Shown here piece after piece: positions 54,763 through 64,000 of a DNA stretch of 64,000 bases. The stretch's first letter is position 1. Each line of letters begins with the position of its first letter. Both the position numbers and the translations under genes were made by a program. The notes beneath the pieces are model-generated. The model saw only the letters and a program-made list of their open reading frames with translations, searched no databases and was not told where the DNA came from. Origin of the DNA: Adineta vaga (lineage: Eukaryota; Animalia; Rotifera); contig CP075497.1 in the NCBI GenBank assembly GCA_021613535.1, positions 124,001 to 188,000 of the forward strand. The letters run 5' to 3'.

Positions 54763-54925
54763 ATACTTCAGTGCTTAATCTACCTGAAGAGTTTGCCCTT
54801 GAGAAAGGACGAAACTATAGTTGTAGGATTTCTTATATATATATAATACACACCCTGAGATTTCTTCTCTATTTACTAACAAAGATCGTATACATTATAG
54901 TTACTTTGAATATTTGAAAAAAGAT

Positions 54926-55450
54926 ATGAATGCAACAAATGAAGAACTCGATTATTTACCCGTTTTCCATCTATGATCATCGACAATTTTCTCTATCATG
55001 ATGATTTTGATCAAGCACGTAATATGAAACTGTTGAAAGAACTTAATATTCGACATATTATTAGTATATGTGATTTAAAATTAAGAAAAGAAATATTTGA
55101 TAATTTTAATGTCTTATGGATCAATTTGAATGACAGTTCATCAACTAATATTAGTCAATATTTTAATCAAACAAACGAATTTTTAAATGAATGTAAAATT
55201 AAAAACGAAAAAATTTTCGTTCATTAATAATTGTTCTTAGTTATCTTTTGAAGTAAAAAGACAAAATTTAATTTCTCTGTAAATATAAATATTTCATCTT
55301 TAACCTTTCAGATATCATTACAATACTCTACATGAAACTTATGATCATCTGCTTAAATGGCAAAGTCTTGCTGAAACAAACGATGGATTTTTTATTCAAG
55401 TAATTCGTTATGAAAAAGATTTGGAAAAGAATCTACTTGATAACATAACA
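54926..55450 (+). pseudogene. Dual-specificity phosphatase pseudogene
   Basis: PSMIIDNFLYH, LNIRHIISI, NISQYF, KIFVH-stop then IVLSYLL; later ETNDGFLFKLIRYE-like segment; CX5R loop absent. Confidence 0.8.
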
Positions 55451-55732
55451 TCAACTTTTATTTCATAATTTAATAATTACATATTTTGTTTTAATATATT
55501 TGAGACATTTTTCATCTGATTTCTTTTCGCTTTATTGAAATTAATTTTCGAATTTACCAGAAAATAACAGTGAATATAAAAGTTTGTCTTAAAAATAAAC
55601 TCAGATTCGAAAAGAATCAGTACTAAATAGATTAATTATTCAAATTTATTACGACGCAAATACACAACACAATACATTCTGCATGACATAAATTTCACAA
55701 AGGCATGTTAAGGAGATGATTTCTCTTTGTGT

Positions 55733-58700
55733 TCATAAGCGATTTATACGTTTTCGTATGGTTTGTCGATAGGTTTGAATAGTTTTGTTAAATTCTTTTT
55801 TATACATTTTCGATGGAGTTACATGTATAACAAAGGTTAACATGGGTGGAACAAATGCAATAAAATATCCAATAAGAAATAACCATGAATCAGTAGTACT
55901 ATTAATACATCTGGAAACGAAAGATATGATCAAACGTGGAGCTGAAAGAATCACTATGAGACTAGGTGTAATCAATAAATGTTTAAGTTCTCCTAATTGT
56001 TCGCGAAAGACTTGTTTAGAATTGGTATTGGCATTTGCTTTTGCTGCTTTTCGTAAACGTGTAGTTTTGATAATAATAATAATTGCCGAAAGAAGATTGA
56101 TCAAAAACGGAACACCAAAATGAAAAAGATTCATTACGAAATCAAATGTTTGAATAGATGATGGATAACTCAAAATACACCAAATTCGTTCTTTTTCACT
56201 ATAAATATCATAACTAAGATTTCGATGATATGGATCATGAATCAGTGTTGTACATGTGAGAAGAAAAATAAATGGAATAACAAATTTTGCTATACTTTTA
56301 CTTTTATTTTTATTAAAACTTGTTCCGTGTATAACGGTACTTGCTCGTTCCAATGCAACAAATGCATTCAACCATTGATCCATATGAAGACTAGTTCGTA
56401 AGAGAAAATCAATTGAATAACATTGAATTTGTAGAAATGATCGATTCTTTGAAGAAATCATTTGTGTAATAATCAATATCCAAAATTTTACTGTAAAGAA
56501 ACTGATTGTACAAAGAGTTGTAATCGAGGATCCAATGAGATACAAACCACAACCAACTTTCTGGGGTTCTTTATTGAGAAAAGTAATTAATGCTAAAATT
56601 CCATTAACAATTCCAATGATAAATATTATTAAATTCATTACGATACTAAATTGGATAATCGCTGGTTGTTGTTGAATAGACAAATGTGGTTGAATATGAT
56701 AACCTAAAAGAGAATACATTCTGTTCCGTCAAATCCAGAATTTCTAGAACAGCATCTAGTGATCCTAAACTGTAGTCCGTTCGTCTATGTTATATCGTAT
56801 ATGTATTTTAGTGATTATAGAAAAATATGAAGATGCTCTTTTCTATCCGATGTTGGAGCTGAGTCTTTCGATGAAATCTTAAATATTAGTAAAATTCCAT
56901 AAGAAACAATTTTTTGATTTCATCTTAGATTATATTTGGACTACAGTCTCTCTTTGGAGGATTTTTCTAGAAAAAAGCTTCGATATTCTCATTATTTCAG
57001 ATTGTAGGATTTAAAATGTTTTCTATTCTCACTCAGTTGAAGCAATTCCTCAAAGTCAATGATTAAAGTGTATTTGATTCTGCTTTAAATTTAAAAATAA
57101 TAAAAACTTGACGGAAATTATTAACCGAACGATTCGAGATTAGATTTGTTAAATTTACTTATTTCTAACTTCATTACATTATTGACGAAATTTTATGAAA
57201 AAAAATTAGACACATCTTAGTTTTTGCAGGGATAATATTCAATAGTCGTCATCAGAAATACTCTAGGTCTTAAAATTATTTTAAAAAAAATAAAAAATTC
57301 TCTTATTAGAGGGCGCCCCTTCGTCGTCCCTTCCGCTTGGAACACCCTTGCATTTAATTCAGAGATCAGAGAATAAAATCTCAATCATAAGTTACGAAAA
57401 TTGATTCTATTAGCTCATTCTTTTCTATATGAAGTGAATCACATTTCTTTCGCTCGCATGTATAACTCACTTCCTACCACTGCATCTAGAAGTGTAAAGC
57501 GATAGTTCAGTCAACGACGGCTGCTCAAATTTTACTCATTTTCTTGCTCTCTCGCGGGCGGCTCAGTCGATCGGCTTACACCTCTAATCATATCTATACG
57601 GGATTACACGGATTTTGATGGAACCGGTTTGGCAATGAGAAATCGAATGACTACTCACCTAAAATCGAATCCAATGAAAATGAAAATCCATTGGAACTGA
57701 ATTGACAACGTGATCCTGAATAACATAGTGGACAAACACATAATGATATTGATGGACATGTACTACTATCTTGAAAACATTGTCCACCGTGTTCACAATT
57801 ACTTCGACCTTGACAATCGAAATTCTTGTTATGATTAAATTCAAAACAATTGGCTTGACGTTCATCATCGAAATCATTACATAAACAGAAGTGACCAACA
57901 GTATTATTATTTCCATCATCATAAAAGCAAGATAAATATGAAGAATGATTTTGACATACTTTATGATAATATTTAATACGACGAAGTAAATGAAGTCGAG
58001 CAAATGTTTCATTAAGAACTTCACGTAAATGAGGACAAAGATCAGTTGATGTGATGATCTTTTCAGTAGATTTTAATCGATTAGAATTCTTTTGAACAAT
58101 TATTAAATAATAGATATTTGGATAAAATTCAAGAAAAGCAATATGAAATGGACGTGACCAACGAATAGTAAATGATTTTTGATACATTGAAATCGATTTC
58201 ACTGTCATTCCAATCCCTGGTAAAGCATTTTCTTTTATTTCAATAAAATGAATAAACATCGATTGTGGTAAAATAATATTTTTATGAAATGATAAAAGAA
58301 TTTCATTGGATTTCAATTCACATCTTTCACCATAATAACCATTTTTACAAATACATTCAAATTGTTTCTTTTCAACGAGATTTCTATCAAGAGGAATACA
58401 TTGTCCTTCATGTTTACATATCATATTAGATTGACAAATAACATCATTTAATAAACATCGAGATCCCCATTTATTAATTGGACAAACACAAATCGAACGA
58501 TTGTTTGGCAAAATTCCAAGACATAGTGAATCCGATGAACATTTACAACTATATGATATGTTACAAAATTGACCAGACCATCCATGATGACAATGACAAA
58601 ATGTAGTGTTTTTTGGATCATTAAAATATTGAACACATTGTCCATGAAGACATTCACGATTTGAACAACTTTTATAATCAACATCATTTGTATGTGGAAT

Positions 58701-61421
58701 ATAAAGAACAGCAGCAACACGTTGAACAGGTAAAAATGAAAATGATAATGGAATTAATAAACTTCCTCGATATAATAATGAGACTTTTTCATAAACATCA
58801 ATATGAACAGAATATTGTCTTGAAGGATTTTTTGGTCGAGTTGCATGAAGCAAATCAACTGCATATTTTGTTAGACAATTTGGTACAGGTATATAAGTAA
58901 ATTGTTGAGAAGAATGAATTATTCGTTGATTACTATCATCAATAAGTGTTATTATAATAGTAAATGTTGTTGACCAAGAATCTGAATATGATTGAAATTG
59001 TATACTAAGACTAACTCGTTCATTTTGATATTCACATTGTTCACCATAATAATTTGGTGAACATAAACACGTTGTGATACTTTCATTCTTGTTCTTGTTC
59101 AACCAAACTCGTAAATCGAGACCGCGATGACAAAGAAATTCATTTTTAGAAGTCATTAAAGAAGTTGAACGATGATTCAAGAGTATACTTTTACTGTGAT
59201 TTGATTTTTCTGGTACTTCTAATGAAAAGTGTATGATCTTTGGTTCGAATATGTTTTTGAAAAGCTTGCATAAGACGTCTTCAACATCAGAGAGAATTCT
59301 CCTATATGTCTGACTACATTTTCCGGAGTGACCAAACAAACTATAGCATATCCCATTCTGTCTACATAACTTTCGATCATCTTCATGCAAACATTGACTC
59401 TTCCCATTAGAATCTAAAAGAGAATGCATACATTTTGGCCCACGTTCAGTTTCACAATAAAATCGATTTGTATTAGTGGAATAGGCGGAGCGTGGGCAAT
59501 ACTGTGGTTCATCAGAGGCACCCAGACAATCTATATGACCATTATTCGTTTTGTTTAACGATAGACACATAAAATCACCTGTTTCGGGTGTTAAACATAA
59601 ATGACTACGAGATGAACAATTCATCAATAACGACGGATAACAATCAACTTCATCAGCTCCATTTAAACAATTCCAAATACCATTACAATAAGTATATGTA
59701 TTGTTACATGACCATTGTTCACATTCTGTTTCATCTGTATGATTGTTTCCATCAATAAGGATGAGTTTCAAATCAACAATTCCATCGCATATTGTAGGAA
59801 ATGATAAGTGTTCTCTGATATAGTTCAATGTCGAATATTCGTCATCATATATACCATAGATATCTGATTTACAATCATGGATTCTATCGTTCACTAGCTT
59901 ACGTGAAATGAAGGTGTTGCTTTGAGTACACTTGATATGTGTTGTGAGACTTGTTTCATTGATTGAAGTTAATAATTCATCATCTTTATAATCACAATCA
60001 TTTATTTCGTCAAATAGACGAATCTTAGCGATGCATTTCGATGAATTGACACAGTGATACATTGTTGTTTTGTTACAAAATGTAGAATCATTTCGAAGAA
60101 TTGTATTACAATGTGAAAGTGTTTGTTGAATATAAAGTACATAATTGTCAACCCACAAATTGTTATTAAAAATAAACGGTAAATCTATAGGACGATAACA
60201 AGTTGTATTGTTGAATGAGATCAATTTATTATTCGAATAGATTTCACTGCACAACTGCTCGTTGTAACATACGTATTCAGGTGTCATTTTTGATTCTGTC
60301 TGATTCATAATATAATCTTTTGTATAAGCAAAATAAATATGACCAAATGCTATGGGTGCATTTGGCATAAAAAACATCGGTGGACATATCTTCTCAATCT
60401 TTTCTTTACATGTATCACGTCGACAAATTTTAACACAATTCAATTGACTCGGATTGCTAATTTCAAAATAACACTGAAGTGCTAATGAACAGAGATCAGA
60501 CATGTCCGACAAGATTAATTTTTCAAAAAGAACAGCGTAAGTATCGCGACAATGATCTAAAAACGGCCCGACTGTAATTATGTTATGTTTTAAGCAGATA
60601 ATGTCATTGTATCGAAATGGTGGTCCAATAGGGTTTAAATTTCCTTCCATGAAGACTGCATACTCATCAGAACCATCCAGACAGTCAGGGCCATCAGCAT
60701 TATCTTTGAAAAATATTAAGGGTATGCACTGTCCATCTGCGCATCGGAATTCATTATCTTTACATTCATTGGTTTCTAGTTGCCAACAATGTTCTTCATC
60801 AACTCCATTGATACATTGAATAATTCCATCACAAATGTTGTTCCATCCAATACATAATGAAGTTTTACCAAGATTACATTGTAAATGTGTATAACATGTC
60901 TGATCTCTATCGCTATATCTAAGATGTAAATAAGATTTATAGATAATCTCACCTAATGATAATTGATCTGATTCATAACTATCAAATTCATATTGACACA
61001 TTGGACCAAATGTGGGTAATGTACAATTATAATAAATAGACGATGACATCGTTGTTTGATTTGAAGTTGAAAGTTGGTCGAGATAAAATTGATAATCTTC
61101 AATAATATCCATTGGTGCTGACCAAAGGTATAGTTGTTCGCTTGTAATATTCATTTGAGAAAGATTCGCAAAAGTAAATATTTGATCGAAATTATTTATT
61201 TGAATATTCCATTTTGATGGTAATTCACTTATACAATATGTGATTATTTCATGAATATTTTTTACTTTTTCCCAAGCAGGAAAATGAACACAATCATGTC
61301 GAATTACATTGTCATTTATAAGTTCATTTTTCCATTTTGTCAGATCAAGATTGATTTCAAGTGTATTAACAATAGTCGACAATAAAATCAATAAATACAA
61401 CAAACTTATGAGAGATGACAT
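55733..61421 (-). CDS. Signal peptide-LDLa-EGF-7TM receptor (2 exons)
   Basis: Exon 1 61421-57659 (signal, LDLa and EGF repeats), intron 57658-56704, exon 2 56703-55733 (7TM with VALERA); splicing gives the in-frame junction SLDSILG-YHIQP. Confidence 0.9.
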
Positions 61422-63189
61422 GAGCTATTTCTAAAATAGAAGAATACCATACGATACTTTATAGCTATTTCCAGAAAATCGTCTAACTTGCTTTAGTTTT
61501 TATTATACATGATCGCCTACTATAGACTGAGGATGCTTCGAAACGTGATGAAGATTATGTCATTTATTACACTCAGATTTATTTCTAAATAGAACTTTAG
61601 CAACTCTCAGAACACTTCTCTTAGTGACTGTATCATTCCTTTCTAAAGAAAGATCTCATCCTCATCCTAAAAATGAATTTCCCGGAAATCGCTAAAACGC
61701 ATCAAATCGAGAATACTCACCCAGATCAAAAGATGAGATCAAAAAGTAAGAATTAAAAGCACATTAGAAAAGAGCCATTGTAACTTCTTTAGTGCATGTT
61801 TTGCTAATAAATTCTTATAAAATAATCCACCTGATATCTCTTGTATCTGTGCATTGTTTCGAATTCTCATGGATTCAGACAGTTTCTAGGAAGCATCAGG
61901 AATCGCTTTTCGCCTTGGAGTGACTGCTACTTCTTCTATCTCTTTTACCACTGGAATTTAAAATATTTACTCGTATTGATGTGAAAAATTTGAAATCAAA
62001 ATGCTTCCGAGGTCCAAATTCTTAGATAGAAGTTGTTAAAAGATTGTTATTTCTCAAAAATAATAAGATCGATGAAGAGTCACTATTGTTATATATGCAG
62101 TGTAATTTTCTTCACATCTCTAAGTAAGAAATATTTCAGTGAAAGTTAATATTGTTCAATGAAAGTGACATAATTAATGATTTTATTAGAAATATTGTGC
62201 GCATTAGTTATGATGCAGAAGAATTTCTTGATATTGTCAAACTGCATCATCAACATATTTTATGACGCAATGCAACCATTACTATAATATTTTATCATAC
62301 ATCTTTCCAAATCAAAGTTAAAATATCATTACCAAAAGTGCTGTTTTTGGATCTGACGAAATCCCTTAATTTCTTGTTTAGATAAGAATTACACTAACTG
62401 GAAATTATTCTCCTCATAGAAAAATAGTTTACGCAATCTTTTTCTTTTCCTGGAAATATTTATTATTTGTGAAGTAATATTATTAATAGACATTTATATT
62501 TACGCAAAAAAATGTCCAAGCTCGATAAGAAAATGATCGATGCTTTATTCAACTGTCTTTTAATACTGGGCTCGATGAATAAATATTATCTACATTTAAT
62601 ATTAAAGTTGAACATCTTCAATTACATACCCAGGTTAATGAAAATGGCGTCGCCTACAATCCGAAAACGAGCCGTAAACATGCCATATTATATTCATTTA
62701 TGATATTTTTTATATTTCAATCACCCCAGAACGAGACTTTTCTAGCTCAGATGCTGCTAGATATCTAGAACTAAAACAGATATTACCTGTACCATGGATC
62801 TTCCACTCCTTAGGTTCTTTCATTTTAACACGTAATATAAATGACATTAATTAGTCTAATTGGATGGCTAAATTATGTTTCGTATCATGCTGTTTTCTAT
62901 AATGTGACAGGTAACTAGAAGTTTTCAATCAGTTATAGTGATTATATATAGTAACGCACTATTACTAATTATAACTGGTTACATAACTATATTTACTTGT
63001 AACATTACAGAAACAGCATAGTAAGAAAAAGAATTTAGTCATCCAGTCAGACTAATCGGTGCCATCTCACTCGATTTAATACTATCCATAGGATGAGGTA
63101 TGGGTGAGTAAAGCATACTACGACACGTTTCGACCTAGCTTAAGAGTTTCGTAAGGCATTTTAGACTACAATGTGTTGTGAATCAATCA

Positions 63190-63238
63190 GGTGTGGGTGT
63201 AGATATGAGTGAAGAAAATATAGCCGCACCCACACCCT
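63190..63238. repeat. Telomere-like inverted motif copy
   Basis: GGTGTGGGTG-tagatatgagtgaagaaaatatagccg-CACCCACACCCT. Confidence 0.82.
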
Positions 63239-63697
63239 TTCGTATTCTGTTTTGGAAAATGTAATAGAAATGTATATAGCTTTATTACCCATATATTCTA
63301 TTTCCTCGTGATTAAATCATATTTTCCTTTTTTTTTGTTTATAATATAGAAGAGCGCGTGAGTGTAGATGAGATATATATATACCTCATTCATAACCAAC
63401 ATCGAGAGAAAATAATTAATCATACGTAGACAGGTATAAACTACATTATGGTAGAAATCAATCATCATATTAACATGGTATTCTCCTAAAATGTCATGAG
63501 TTTTTATTTAAAATAATTGAAGCTTTTTAGAATAATCATTCAAGTAATAATAAACTAATGCGATATTGTCGTAGTATGTATAGCAGTTGTATGTGAGCTG
63601 ATTAATGAATAAAAATTTGAAACTATACTGCATAATATTGTTCACCATGAGAATAGATATCAATATATTATATTCTATTGGTAATTCGTAATTTCTT

Positions 63698-64000
63698 TTA
63701 CTTTGCATAAGCAAAAAGAGTATTGAGAAATTTTGTTCGATCATAATCAACGATGATTTTAACATTTGGATGTTCAACTATTTTTGATCCCCACTGTTTG
63801 ACATTTTCATCATAGTAAAGTTCAACATCTTTCCATTGACCAATTGTTGGATCAATTGCACAACAAGCTGTTAAAGGATCATGAAATAATTTTCCATAAA
63901 TATCATTTCGACGTAAATAAATATTCATAACACGATGTATTTCTTGTAATGAAAAACTTTTATTTTTAATTAATTCAAGTTCTTTATGTGTATCTCTTGT
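63698..64000 (-). CDS. Inosine-uridine-preferring nucleoside hydrolase family, C-terminal part
   Basis: KLFHDPLTACCAIDP...V...NVKIIVDYDRTKFLNTL matches the HDP-containing C-terminus of the family; runs off the window end. Confidence 0.72.
   Translation of the reverse strand, partial: TRDTHKELELIKNKSFSLQEIHRVMNIYLRRNDIYGKLFHDPLTACCAIDPTIGQWKDVELYYDENVKQWGSKIVEHPNVKIIVDYDRTKFLNTLFAYAK

Noticed and set aside
57659-60819. Alternate-frame and antisense ORFs within the LDLa-EGF exon
   Set aside because: Compositional shadows with no independent motifs.
61900-62703. Possible helical-repeat gene remnant
   Set aside because: Too fragmentary to assign.

Overview
AT-rich eukaryotic DNA, most likely from a bdelloid rotifer (inference from ~50-60 nt GT-AG introns, the NHL, F-box, FG-GAP and LDLa-EGF-GPCR families, and TGTGGG/TGAGGG telomere-type hexamers). 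It reads as an accessory, high-turnover region. Apparently intact genes: an exon-per-repeat LRR gene, a secreted knottin, a small membrane protein, a dienelactone hydrolase, a class A GPCR, a large FG-GAP protein, a TIR-NACHT-HEAT receptor, an LDLa-EGF-GPCR and the 3' end of a nucleoside hydrolase. About ten pseudogenes lie among them. Mobile DNA: a 7.6-kb CMC/EnSpm transposon whose two flanks belong to different truncated genes, two Spy-like elements inserted between AAA and TTT with no target duplication (one is a 656-bp spacerless palindrome), and small hAT-like MITEs. The most striking unexplained signal is a family of about a dozen 30-60 bp inverted pairs of telomere-like repeats (TGAGGGTGTGGGTG...CACCCACACCCTCA), found only between genes. 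Family assignments come from motif recognition; no searches were run.
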